DNA from: Candidatus Bathyarchaeota archaeon
Lineage (GTDB): Archaea > Thermoproteota > Bathyarchaeia > Bathyarchaeales > Bathyarchaeaceae
Length of the DNA stretch: 49,729 nt
Direction of reading: 5' to 3'
NCBI GenBank assembly: GCA_020352535.1
Contig: CP070679.1
Location: 1,301,016-1,350,744 of the forward strand
The position numbers and the translations under genes are program-made. Position 1 is the first letter of the stretch, and each line of letters begins with the position of its first letter. Shown one piece after another: positions 35,789 through 45,386 of this stretch. The notes beneath the pieces were generated by a model. It saw only the letters and a list, made by a program, of their open reading frames with translations, was not told the DNA's origin and did no database searches.

Positions 35789-37744
35789 TTGACATCTGAC
35801 AAGAAGGTGAAAGAATTGGGTAGCATTTGGTATCCTCCAGAGAAGCTTATTGAGACAAGTAACGTGAAGGCATTCATGAACAAACATGGCATAGAGAAAT
35901 ATCAAGACTTGATCAGACGATCCACAGAAGATATCGAGTGGTTTTGGAAAACAGCTGTCAAGGAGTTGAAGGTAGAATGGTTTAGCAGTTACGAGACTGT
36001 TCTAGACGCAGCTGAAATACAGTGGGCTAAATGGTTTATTGGAGGCAAACTGAACATCGCACACAATTGCATTGACAAACATGTAAAATCCTGGAGAAAG
36101 AATAAGATAGCTTTCATATGGGCAGGCGAGAATGGCGAAGAGAGGAGATACTCCTATTGGGACCTATACTTCGAGGTGAACAGATTCGCCAATGCCTTAA
36201 GAAGCTTGGGTGTCAAGAAGGGAGACACAGTAGCTCTTTGTATCCCTATGCTGCCAGAAACAGTCGTGGCACTCTTTGGTATACTGAGAATTGGCGCAGT
36301 AGTAGTTCCGATTTTCTCTGGATACAGCCCAGCAGCTGTGTCTACACGATTGAGAGACGCAGGGTCAAAGGTTCTCATAACAGCAGATGGCTACTACCGC
36401 AGAGGCAGACCTGTTAAGCTGAAAGAAAAGGTTGATGAAGCAGTCAAAGCTGCCCAGAAAGTGAAAACGGTAGTAATCTGTAAGAGGATGGATATTGACA
36501 TTCCATTGACGAAGGGAAGGGATCTATGGTGGCATGAGCTTCTAGCTGATCAGCTGGCAGAATGTGAAAGTGAGAAGATGGACTCACAAGCTCCCGCGCT
36601 GCTACTATACACTTCAGGCACAACTGCTAAGCCCAAAGGAACAGTAATTTCCCAGGTTGGTACCCTCCTCCAGAGCTCTAAGGAAATCTATTTCAACCTT
36701 GACCTAAAAGATGAGGATGTCTTCTTCTGGATTACAGATATCGGATGGATGATGGGTCCTTGGCAGCTTGTAGGTGTCCAGCATCTAGGCGGAACCCACG
36801 TAATTTTTGAGGGGGCACCTGACTACCCTAAGCCTGACAGACTATGGAGGATGATAGCCAAGCTCAGCGTCACAGCCCTTGGAGGCTCTGCTACTGTCTT
36901 CAGAATGCTAAAGAAATATGGAAATGAGTATGTTGAAGCTCATGACCTGCGCAGCCTTCGCATCTTCGGGAACACAGGAGAAGCTATAGACCCTGATACG
37001 TGGCTTTGGCTTCACAAGACGGTTGGACAAGAGAGATGCCCGATAATAAATCTCTCGGGAGGAACAGAGATATTTGGTTGCTTCCTATTACCACTACCGA
37101 TTATGCCCTTAAAGCCTTCAACGCTAGGAGGGCCAGGGCTAGGAATGGATATCGATGTCTTTGATGATAAGGGGAAGCCAGTCAGAGGTAAGGTCGGATA
37201 CCTGGTCTGTAAGAAACCTGCGCCATCCATGACTAGAGGCTTCTGGAGGGATCCTAAGAGGTATATCGAGACCTATTGGTCCAAATGGCCCAACATCTGG
37301 TATCATGGAGACTGGGCTTCAATCGACGAGGATAACTTCTGGTTCCTCCATGGGCGAGCTGACGATGTAATCAAAGTGGCTGGGAAAAGAATTGGACCTG
37401 CTGAGATAGAGTCAATCCTTAACCAACACTCAGCTGTCTATGAGTCCGCTTGTATAGGCGTACCTCACGAAGTTAAAGGTGAAGAAGTGCTGTGCCTTGT
37501 TGTTCCTAAGCCAGGCTATGATACCAACCAGGAATTAAGGGATGAGCTCGTAGGAGAGGTTGTTAGGCTTATGGGCAAGCCATTTCGGCCTCGAGATATC
37601 AGCTTCGTCGGTGACCTACCTAGAACAAGGTCTGGGAAGATTATGCGTAGACTGATGAGAGCTGTTCTACTTGGCAAAGAACTAGGTGACACCTCAGCTC
37701 TAGAGAACCCAAAAGCCCTAGAAGAGATAGCGAGAGTGGCGTAG
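35789..37744 (+). CDS. AMP-forming acyl-CoA synthetase (acetyl-CoA synthetase-like)
   Basis: WFIGGKLNIAHNC, YTSGTTAKPKG, SGGTE, GRADDVIKVAGKRIG, PRTRSGKIMRR. Confidence 0.92.
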   Translation: MTSDKKVKELGSIWYPPEKLIETSNVKAFMNKHGIEKYQDLIRRSTEDIEWFWKTAVKELKVEWFSSYETVLDAAEIQWAKWFIGGKLNIAHNCIDKHVKSWRKNKIAFIWAGENGEERRYSYWDLYFEVNRFANALRSLGVKKGDTVALCIPMLPETVVALFGILRIGAVVVPIFSGYSPAAVSTRLRDAGSKVLITADGYYRRGRPVKLKEKVDEAVKAAQKVKTVVICKRMDIDIPLTKGRDLWWHELLADQLAECESEKMDSQAPALLLYTSGTTAKPKGTVISQVGTLLQSSKEIYFNLDLKDEDVFFWITDIGWMMGPWQLVGVQHLGGTHVIFEGAPDYPKPDRLWRMIAKLSVTALGGSATVFRMLKKYGNEYVEAHDLRSLRIFGNTGEAIDPDTWLWLHKTVGQERCPIINLSGGTEIFGCFLLPLPIMPLKPSTLGGPGLGMDIDVFDDKGKPVRGKVGYLVCKKPAPSMTRGFWRDPKRYIETYWSKWPNIWYHGDWASIDEDNFWFLHGRADDVIKVAGKRIGPAEIESILNQHSAVYESACIGVPHEVKGEEVLCLVVPKPGYDTNQELRDELVGEVVRLMGKPFRPRDISFVGDLPRTRSGKIMRRLMRAVLLGKELGDTSALENPKALEEIARVA

Positions 37745-37796
37745 CACTAGGACGCACTAACATGTACTCTAGGGTCACAAGGCAGATAGGGCTGAT

Positions 37797-38792
37797 TTGG
37801 GGAGTGAACCATTGAAAAGCCTCACAGTCGGAATCATCGGATTAGGACCAGTAGGGTCCATTTTAGCCTCGCATCTAGCTGATTATGGAGTGGATGTAAT
37901 TGTCGAAGATATCGCTGAAGAACTTCTAGCTCAAATCAGGAAGAATGGTCTAAAAGTTTCAGGAATCCATGAATTAACTGCTGACATTGATAGGATTACG
38001 GGTTCATTAGATGAGTTGGCTGAGTCAGAGCCTGATATTATCTTCATTGCGACAAAAGCCTGTTTCTTGAGGACAGTGTTGTCTAACTTAAAATCAGTAT
38101 ACAAAGTGAAAATGAAGGTAGTTAGCTTCCAGAATGGATTGGGCAATGAGCAAGTTATTACTCAAGTTCTAGGTGTTGACACAGCATATCGTGTAGTGAT
38201 TAACTATGCAGGAGAACTGGTAAGCCCAGGTAGTGCGAAGATGAATTGGTTTCAACCGCCTAACTACGTTGGGGCTCTCAGAGATGGACAGTACACAACA
38301 GATGATACGACAGAGTACATCGCGGAAATCATGACCGCTTCAGGATTGGAGACCGAGGAATCCCAAGATATCAAGCGACACGTGTGGAAGAAGACGATTC
38401 TGAACGCTGCCCTATGTTCTGTCTGTGCCTTAACCGGTCAGACTATGAAGGAAGCCATGGAACTCAAATCCAGTCGCAATGTTGCCATAAGGATTCTTGA
38501 GGAGGGATTGCGGGTAGCTGAAGCTGATGGGTATGCTTACGGAGAGGACGCACTCGAAAAATTCGCCAGCTACCTGATGAAGGGTGGCGCTCACAAGCCT
38601 TCCATGTTAGTGGACATAGAGAATAGGCGGAAGACCGAAGTTGATTTCTTGAGCGGAGCCATCGTAAACCAAGGAAAGAAACTTGGAACTGACGCACCTA
38701 CAAATTGGGCTGTGACTCAGTTGTTGAAGACCTTAGAGGAGATGCGTCTAGAGAGGAAGCACCGGCGCCCACACGTCAAGAGTCTAATTTAG
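37797..38792 (+). CDS. Ketopantoate reductase (PanE/ApbA) family 2-oxoacid reductase
   Basis: GLGPVG, ATKA, FQNGLG, WKKTILN, PSMLVDI, TEVDFLSG. Confidence 0.88.
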   Translation: MGSEPLKSLTVGIIGLGPVGSILASHLADYGVDVIVEDIAEELLAQIRKNGLKVSGIHELTADIDRITGSLDELAESEPDIIFIATKACFLRTVLSNLKSVYKVKMKVVSFQNGLGNEQVITQVLGVDTAYRVVINYAGELVSPGSAKMNWFQPPNYVGALRDGQYTTDDTTEYIAEIMTASGLETEESQDIKRHVWKKTILNAALCSVCALTGQTMKEAMELKSSRNVAIRILEEGLRVAEADGYAYGEDALEKFASYLMKGGAHKPSMLVDIENRRKTEVDFLSGAIVNQGKKLGTDAPTNWAVTQLLKTLEEMRLERKHRRPHVKSLI

Positions 38793-38848
38793 ACTCGTAG
38801 CGACTCTTAAAAGATACTAATAGCCGAGTAAATCATATTCGTGCGACA

Positions 38849-39334
38849 TCACAGAGTCTCGAATAGCTTTGCGATGCCTTCGAAGGAGAAAGGCTTTGGA
38901 ATGAAATCATTCAGGCTAATGAGATATGTTTCATTCTCCTCAATGTCATCCCCACCTTCAGCAATTATGCTTGAGATAAACCTAGAATAGTCTGTGTAGT
39001 TTTTATGCAGTGATATGATCAGCCCATTCTTTCCTCCACCTTGACATCTAGCGGAGAAAAGTATGTTTGGGCTGTTCATAGTAACTTCTTCAGCCTTATC
39101 TGCTAGCTCTTTTCTCACCCGCGATCTGAAGCAATTGATTGCCATAATCTCAAATCCCATTTCTGAAAGATTCGGGATTACTGTGAATTCCTTTATCATA
39201 CCTTCCTTGACAAGCTTGCTTCTTGTCCTAGTAACAGTCGGCTGTGACACTCCTACAAGCTTTGCAATCTCTCGGTCGCTTCTCTTGGAATCCCTCAACA
39301 TCTCTACAAGGATTTTCCTCATCGTCCTTTTCAT
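38849..39334 (-). CDS. Lrp/AsnC-family transcriptional regulator
   Basis: DSKRSDREIAKLVGVSQPTVTRTRSKLVKEGMIKEFT HTH plus a RAM-like C-terminal domain. Confidence 0.9.
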   Translation of the reverse strand: MKRTMRKILVEMLRDSKRSDREIAKLVGVSQPTVTRTRSKLVKEGMIKEFTVIPNLSEMGFEIMAINCFRSRVRKELADKAEEVTMNSPNILFSARCQGGGKNGLIISLHKNYTDYSRFISSIIAEGGDDIEENETYLISLNDFIPKPFSFEGIAKLFETL

Positions 39335-39488
39335 CTGCATCACCTCTTCTGAGGTGTATCACATGCAAATAAACCTTTGTGTATTCATGACTCACGATGC
39401 ATCAGGAAAGAGTCGAGCCCAACATGCACGGACAATGCGCACACGATTGCATTCATGATACGAAAGCGCTAGCTACACCGGTGCTACG

Positions 39489-39797
39489 TTATACATATCC
39501 ATCTTTTTTCGTGCACCGTGTCAACTTTTCGCATGTCAGGCACTCGTCTGGGAACTCCGTTCGGTTAGAGAATAACTTCAGATATCCGAAGTAGTGAGGG
39601 CAGCCTGGTTGAGTCTCTTGCGCAACATCTTTAGAGCGTCTTGGAAACTTCAAGTCTCGCTCTACTAAATCAGATAATTCAATACGGTTCCTGCAGTGAG
39701 GGCAAGCATAACATGTTTCCCTAATAACCCCTGAAAGGTCAACCCTAGTGACTAGCTGATCGAACTTCTTTCCACAGTCTGGATGAGGACACCTCAA
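39489..39797 (-). CDS. Small Cys-rich two-module zinc-binding protein
   Basis: CPHPDCG...YACPHC zinc ribbon plus CPHYFGYL...PDECLTC...C; TTG start. Confidence 0.7.
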   Translation of the reverse strand: MRCPHPDCGKKFDQLVTRVDLSGVIRETCYACPHCRNRIELSDLVERDLKFPRRSKDVAQETQPGCPHYFGYLKLFSNRTEFPDECLTCEKLTRCTKKDGYV

Positions 39798-39996
39798 TGA
39801 GGTTCAACCTAACTTGTTCTATATCAACTAGGAACTAACTCAAGCACCTGCAAATTCGTCCAGACAAAATTAAACATTTATGAATAGACAATCAGTATTC
39901 CAGACTCCCCGTAGCAGAGCCCTTTCAGCTGAGTATATACATATTCTTTAAGAGCCAAGCCTACTTAGAAGCCAATTCAAGCTTGAGTGTCCCAAC

Positions 39997-41118
39997 ATGA
40001 AGATTCTGGAGTCCTTTGGAAGAATATTATATGAAAGACACGTGATCGCAGAGAAATGGAAGGCTCAACATAGACCAGTGATAGGCTGGAATAGCACTTA
40101 TACACCGGAAGAAATCATCCTTGCCGCTGATGCGCTACCGATTAGGATTTTAGGAAGCCTTAGACCTACAACCCTAGCAGACGCATGTCTCCCTCGTAAT
40201 GCATGCTCGTTCGTCAGAAGCACCCTTGATATGGCATTAAGAGGTGACTACGCCTACTTAGATGGACTTGTAACTTCTAACTCTTGCGACAACTTCAACA
40301 AGACATACGACCTCTGGAAGTCCTACGCGAAGATTCCTTACTTCCACTTCATCAATACCCCCCACACGAATACTTCTGTGGCTCACAGCTTCTTCTGCAG
40401 GGAGATTAGAAGGCTTAAAGAATCTCTGGAAGACGCCTTCAGAACCACCATACCCAGCAAGGCAATCAATAGAGCTATTCAGCGCTGTAATGAAAATAGA
40501 GTTCTCCTCAAGAAGGTTTATGATCTGAGGAGAAAGAGCACGCCTGCTATCAATGGTGTTGAAGCACTTGAAATTGTACTATCCAGTATGCTAACCTCGA
40601 AGGAGCAACATAGTACTCTCTTAAGACAACTCCTGAAGGAGATTGAGAACCGACCCAACCCGCCTAAACCAGGTATAAGGCTCTTAATCACAGGAAGTGT
40701 AATGGACGCAACAGACCTGATAAGCATTACCGAGGCTGTTGGCGGAATTGTAGTAGCAGATGACCTATGCACGGGAACAAGATACTTTTGGAACCTTGTC
40801 AGCGCAAGCAAAGACCCCATAGATGCAATATCGAAAAGATACCTGGACAAGATACCCTCACCATCCAGATATCATCACCGAAATGGACGATTCGCCCACA
40901 TAGAAAACATGATCAGACGGTACGATGTTGAAGCTGTCATCAACTTTCTTCTGAAATTCTGCGACACCCATATGTTCGATGCCCCGCTCTTGACAGAAGA
41001 ACTGAGAAGCCAAGGAATACCTGTCTTGAACCTTGAATGGGAGCACACCAGAAGCGGGATTGCACCTTTGAAAACAAGAATTGAAGCTTTCATAGAGACT
41101 ATCAAAGGAGTGCCATGA
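39997..41118 (+). CDS. 2-hydroxyacyl-CoA dehydratase family subunit (HgdB/HadC-like)
   Basis: PEEII, ACSFVRS, NSCD, VVADDLCTG, LKFCD, TRIEAFIE. Confidence 0.88.
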   Translation: MKILESFGRILYERHVIAEKWKAQHRPVIGWNSTYTPEEIILAADALPIRILGSLRPTTLADACLPRNACSFVRSTLDMALRGDYAYLDGLVTSNSCDNFNKTYDLWKSYAKIPYFHFINTPHTNTSVAHSFFCREIRRLKESLEDAFRTTIPSKAINRAIQRCNENRVLLKKVYDLRRKSTPAINGVEALEIVLSSMLTSKEQHSTLLRQLLKEIENRPNPPKPGIRLLITGSVMDATDLISITEAVGGIVVADDLCTGTRYFWNLVSASKDPIDAISKRYLDKIPSPSRYHHRNGRFAHIENMIRRYDVEAVINFLLKFCDTHMFDAPLLTEELRSQGIPVLNLEWEHTRSGIAPLKTRIEAFIETIKGVP

Positions 41119-42332
41119 CGATGACAAGATTGCAGACCCTCCAAGATTTCTATCAGAAGCATGTTCAACCGTACTATCGAGATGCCCATAAAAGCCAGGA
41201 AGAGCACAAGCCTATTGCTTGGGTAGCATCTACCTTCCCTATCGAAATACTTCAAGCCATGGACATAACGCCGATATGGCCTGAAAACTATGCTTCAATT
41301 TGCGCAGCGAGACAGATTTCTGTGCAGCTCGCGGAAATCGCCGAGAATCAAGGTTACTCTAGGGATTTGTGCTCCTATGCCAGAACTGTAATCGGCGCTA
41401 TCCTAAAAGAGGATACTCAGCATCTGCCTGAAGGGGGATTACCAAAGCCTGACTTCCTTGTAGCGTCAACCGCAGCATGTGATACACATCTTAAATGGTT
41501 CCAGATCCTCAGTCACCATCTGAAGCGACCCTTGTTTCTCCTAGATTCACCCTACAACACAATGGGTGCAGACGCTGATCATCTTGAAGCTGGCTTAATA
41601 GAACAATACGTACTTCAGCTACTGGGATTAATCAAATTTCTAGAAGAACAGACAGAAACAACGCTAGATCGATCCAAGCTGCGCGAGAGTTTAGCTCTTT
41701 CAGACAATACGAGTAATCTATGGCTGGAAATTCAAGGTTACAGGAAAAACTCTCCGTCGCCGATGGGAGCCAGAGATGCTTTCTCAGCCATCTTCTTCAT
41801 GCTTAGCATCCCAGCTACAAAAGTGGCTGTGAATTTCTACCAAGCTCTACGAGACGAGGTTAGAAACTTAGTAGGAAAAGGCCTTGGAAAAATCGAAAAC
41901 GAACGGTATAGGTTGATCTGGGACAACTTGCCTATGTGGTTCAATCTGAGATTCTTTAACTATCTAAACAGCTTGGGCGCTGTCACCGTGGCTGAAACAT
42001 TCTCTCATGTCTGGACAGGAAGTTTAGACCCTTCAGAACCTCTGGAAAGCCTAGCCAAGAAATACCTTCCAAACTTCGCCAACTGCAGCCTTGACCGAAG
42101 AGTCAACCTCATTCTCCAACTAGCAGAGGATTATCAAGCCAACGCAATAATCCTCCCTACAAATTGGGGATGCAGAATGATGTCAATAGGAGAGACAGTC
42201 GTGAAAGAAGCTATATTCAAGAAGCTTGGGATTCCTAGCCTCATACTCGACGTAGATTCATCGGATTGGAGAAACTATGATGAATACCAAGTCAAAACCA
42301 AGCTTGAAACCTACCTCAAAACATTGAAATAA
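41115..42332 (+). CDS. 2-hydroxyacyl-CoA dehydratase family subunit (HgdA/HadB-like)
   Basis: WPENYA, GYSRDLCSYAR, LPKPDFL, ACD...KW, GCR; 4-nt overlap with the preceding gene. Confidence 0.88.
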   Translation: MTMTRLQTLQDFYQKHVQPYYRDAHKSQEEHKPIAWVASTFPIEILQAMDITPIWPENYASICAARQISVQLAEIAENQGYSRDLCSYARTVIGAILKEDTQHLPEGGLPKPDFLVASTAACDTHLKWFQILSHHLKRPLFLLDSPYNTMGADADHLEAGLIEQYVLQLLGLIKFLEEQTETTLDRSKLRESLALSDNTSNLWLEIQGYRKNSPSPMGARDAFSAIFFMLSIPATKVAVNFYQALRDEVRNLVGKGLGKIENERYRLIWDNLPMWFNLRFFNYLNSLGAVTVAETFSHVWTGSLDPSEPLESLAKKYLPNFANCSLDRRVNLILQLAEDYQANAIILPTNWGCRMMSIGETVVKEAIFKKLGIPSLILDVDSSDWRNYDEYQVKTKLETYLKTLK

Positions 42333-42340
42333 CAGGAGAG

Positions 42341-43900
42341 TCAGAGAAGGTCAGAGTAGTGTTCTTTAAGCTTTCTATGTAAAATCTTTCCCGTTGCTGC
42401 TCGAGGCATTTCCGCATAGTCGATGAAAATCACTCTCTTCGGCTTCTTGTATCCAGCCATCTTTCCCCTACACCATTCAATGATGTCATTGCTGGTTGCG
42501 GTTTCACCATCTCGTAATACAACAACAGCGGTTACAGCCTCACCCCACCTATCATCCGGAAGGCCTATCACTGCGACGTCGCGGACTTTCGGGTTTGAGG
42601 AGATTATCGCCCCAACCTCTGATGGGTAGACATGCTCTCCTCCAGTGATAATCATATTGTCTTTCCGGTCGACAATGTAGTAGTAGCCTTCTGCATCACG
42701 CTTCACTAGATCTCCTGCACTGAAGAAGCCATCTATAAAAGCAGCCTCCGTCTTCTCAGGCATCTTGTAATACTCATCAAACATCATTGGACCTCTAGAA
42801 TATAGTTCGCCAACTTCATCAATAGCGACTTCATACCTGCCTTTCCCTAGAAGCCGAATCGCATCGATACCCAAGCATTCCCTCCCGATTGAACCAATCT
42901 TTCTCAATTGGTCTTCTGGCTTGAGTATTGTAACGAGACCAGCTTCCGTAGAGCCATATGCCTCATAAAGCTCAACCCCTGGAAAGCATGCCATGATCTC
43001 ACGCTTTATCTTACCTCTAGCTGGAGCAGATGAGCACAACAGCTTAGATAATGATCCTGTATCGAATTGCCGGCGCTCCTCATCAGGAATACTTAGAATC
43101 AGGCTGTAATGTGTTGGAATTAATGAGGTGAATGTTATCTTCTCCCTATGGACAGACTTCAACAGCTCAACTGGATTGAACCCTTTGTCGCGACCAATGA
43201 ACAGAGATCCACCAACGTAAAGGAAGAGGAGTCCATAAAAGGTGGAGTTCACGTGGAAGAGAGGCATGATAATCATTCCATAATCCTTCTCTGAGAGGCC
43301 AAATTCCACAGTGTTAACTAGGAAAAATGCAACATATGATTCGTGGGACCTGACAACACCCTTGGGAAAACCTGTTGTCCCTGAAGTGTAAATTTGAGCC
43401 CACGTGTCTTTGCCCGTTACTTCCACATTGGGCTTATGACTCGGGGAATCCGCAATCAAGTCCTCAAGATTCATATAGCCGCTAGGCTTGGTCTTGCCTA
43501 CAACTATGTAGTTGCTTCGTCCCACCTTTCTGAACGTCGACCGAAGCGCATCAATCTGATTCGTAAACTCTTCGAAAACTATGATCGCTTTGGCATCAGA
43601 GTTGGCAACAACGTACTGGATTTCCTTCCCAACATAGCGCCAGCTGACTGGAGCAATCACCAATCCAGCTTTAGCAGTTGCACAATATATCTCGACAAAT
43701 TCGACACAGTTGTACAGCAAGACCGCAACACGATCACCTTTACATAAGCCTAAACCAAGCAAGCCATTAGCCAGCTTATTTACCCTGTTATTCAGCTCCG
43801 AATATGTCCTAGTAGTTTCGCACCAATCCTTGACAGCTAATTTCTCAGGATACTTCTTGGCGTGAACGCTTAAAATCTCCCCTAGGTTTAACCAAGCCAT
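42341..43900 (-). CDS. AMP-binding acyl-CoA ligase (FadD/CaiC-like)
   Basis: YTSGTTGFPKG, YGSTE, AGDL, DRKDNMIITGGE, ATGKI; start set at ATG 43900 after GGTGA. Confidence 0.92.
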   Translation of the reverse strand: MAWLNLGEILSVHAKKYPEKLAVKDWCETTRTYSELNNRVNKLANGLLGLGLCKGDRVAVLLYNCVEFVEIYCATAKAGLVIAPVSWRYVGKEIQYVVANSDAKAIIVFEEFTNQIDALRSTFRKVGRSNYIVVGKTKPSGYMNLEDLIADSPSHKPNVEVTGKDTWAQIYTSGTTGFPKGVVRSHESYVAFFLVNTVEFGLSEKDYGMIIMPLFHVNSTFYGLLFLYVGGSLFIGRDKGFNPVELLKSVHREKITFTSLIPTHYSLILSIPDEERRQFDTGSLSKLLCSSAPARGKIKREIMACFPGVELYEAYGSTEAGLVTILKPEDQLRKIGSIGRECLGIDAIRLLGKGRYEVAIDEVGELYSRGPMMFDEYYKMPEKTEAAFIDGFFSAGDLVKRDAEGYYYIVDRKDNMIITGGEHVYPSEVGAIISSNPKVRDVAVIGLPDDRWGEAVTAVVVLRDGETATSNDIIEWCRGKMAGYKKPKRVIFIDYAEMPRAATGKILHRKLKEHYSDLL

Positions 43901-44113
43901 AATCGACTTCACCGCTCAACGCTAACCTTGAGCTCTGCTGGAGCTTTAAAATGTTGCCAGCTAGTGGAGGTTGGATGCTTAGAAGGCTCTACACTTAGCC
44001 TTCTCAAGTCATCCTGTGACATTACTTTCATTAGACTCCCTCCACTCGTTCGGCTGACGCCAAGCAAATCGCCTTAAGTAGGAGGAATTATCAGAACCGG
44101 TTGAGGAGCATCA

Positions 44114-44263
44114 ATGACCCAGCACGCTGAGCATTGCAGAAACCCCTGGAACGGTAAATGCAGGAACACCGACATAGAAGTCTACATATACCACAGAGGT
44201 GAACGCCAGCCAATATGCCGAATCTGCTGGCAAGAAATAGCAGAGAAAGATCTCGAATGGTAG
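44114..44263 (+). CDS. 49-aa Cys-containing small protein (not in ORF track)
   Basis: GAGGAG SD; MTQHAEHCRNPWNGKCRNTDIEVYIYHRGERQPICRICWQEIAEKDLEW* with four Cys. Confidence 0.75.
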   Translation: MTQHAEHCRNPWNGKCRNTDIEVYIYHRGERQPICRICWQEIAEKDLEW

Positions 44264-44266
44264 AGA

Positions 44267-44449
44267 GTGATGGCTTTGCCCTTACGGATTACTTGTCAAG
44301 AGTGTGGTTCTATTCTCTACGAAGGAGCAGAGCTGAAGCCGCCTTACGAAATCATCAGCATCTTCGACGGCAAATGCCCAAGTTGTGGCAAGAGGTTGTC
44401 TAGCATCCCAGCGCAAGTTGAAATACAGCCTATTACAGAACCAGATTGA
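44267..44449 (+). CDS. Small zinc-ribbon protein
   Basis: CQECG...LYEG...KCPSCGKRL; the start may be TTG 44276. Confidence 0.75.
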   Translation: MMALPLRITCQECGSILYEGAELKPPYEIISIFDGKCPSCGKRLSSIPAQVEIQPITEPD

Positions 44450-44578
44450 GAAAACCACAAAATCTTGACTAGTTACGCCCCGCATTTAGGGGCTTGAAGA
44501 TCCCCCATCTCAGTATTTTTACCTGAAACCGCAAGCACTCTGTGAGCAATTACGCTTTGTATCCTTGGAGAGGGTGGT

Positions 44579-44737
44579 GTGTTTCGGAAAAAAGAGGTAT
44601 CCCTTAGACTCTGCTCATCCTGTGGTCACATGGTGACCATCAGCTATGAATGTTCAAAGTGCAAGCAGAGAGCTTGCATAATCTGTACCATCGAAGCAAG
44701 TTGGAGATGCCCGAATTGCGGCGCAGACCTGCTCTGA
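44579..44737 (+). CDS. 52-aa 8-Cys zinc-finger protein (not in ORF track)
   Basis: GTG after GGAGAGG; MFRKKEVSLRLCSSCGHMVTISYECSKCKQRACIICTIEASWRCPNCGADLL* with four CxxC pairs. Confidence 0.7.
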   Translation: MFRKKEVSLRLCSSCGHMVTISYECSKCKQRACIICTIEASWRCPNCGADLL

Positions 44738-44768
44738 AACACATTACTCAGAATCGGGAGGACTAAAT

Positions 44769-45386
44769 CTGGAATACCGATTCAAGCGACTTGAGTACAA
44801 TGGCTTAAAGGGCGTGATTGGAGAACGCCTTGCACGAAGCTTCATACGAAACAAGCTTGCACCGAAACTTATCAAGAACGAGGGGTGGAGCCATGTTCTG
44901 CTAAGTAACAATGATTACAAAAATCACGCATGGATTTGGAATACTAAGTTGTTCGACTTTGACAACTTCAGAGAGGATTTCGTAGCTCATGGCTTCTATC
45001 CGTCGATGAAGCTGCTCTCGAAGTATACATTGGCTATAGGCATCCTCAACCAGAGCTACTGCACGCCTGACGGATTGCTACTGAAGCTGCGAGAAACTGG
45101 GGAAACAAAGAAACTGAAAGTACGCTCTTGGTCGCCCCTTTCAAGAGTACGCATTGAAAGGCCTAGAAAGCCAGGCAACATCTACGAGCTCCCTGCGGTT
45201 GAGGGTGACCTAGAAATTGTTGAAATCAAATGCGGTCGTCAGGCCAAACTCATGACTAGGCAGAAGGAAACCTACAACAACCTGATAGCAAAAGAGGTTC
45301 CCTTACGCATAATTAAAGTCCGAATTGTCTCCTTCGACCTCAACAGATACCTCGTGGAGGAACATAAATATGAAAGGTTCCTGTAA
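44769..45386 (+). CDS. PD-(D/E)XK superfamily nuclease-like protein
   Basis: KGVIGERLA helix, TPDGLLL, IVEIKCG, downstream LMTRQ. The frame is open from CTG 44769 behind GGAGG (track start 44814). Confidence 0.65.
   Translation: MEYRFKRLEYNGLKGVIGERLARSFIRNKLAPKLIKNEGWSHVLLSNNDYKNHAWIWNTKLFDFDNFREDFVAHGFYPSMKLLSKYTLAIGILNQSYCTPDGLLLKLRETGETKKLKVRSWSPLSRVRIERPRKPGNIYELPAVEGDLEIVEIKCGRQAKLMTRQKETYNNLIAKEVPLRIIKVRIVSFDLNRYLVEEHKYERFL

Noticed and set aside
39997..42332. Benzoyl-CoA reductase (BcrBC/BzdNO) for aromatic ring reduction
   Set aside because: Same superfamily, but no ATPase subunits or ring-cleavage genes are adjacent, and the motifs look closer to HadB/HgdA-type dehydratases. Not excluded without a phylogeny.
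43981..44004. Hairpin AGAAGGCT-N8-AGCCTTCT as a functional element
   Set aside because: An 8-bp stem in a divergent promoter region with no T-tract or second copy; it could be chance.
44267..44449. Relocated RNA polymerase subunit Rpo12
   Set aside because: The spacing between the CxxC pairs is longer and the CxxCGxRILxKxR C-terminal motif of Rpo12 is absent.
44465..44496. IS200/IS605 or IscB-type end (TTGAC...GCCCC-N7-GGGGCTTG)
   Set aside because: Only a 5-bp stem, with no tnpA/tnpB/iscB remnant nearby; too weak to call.
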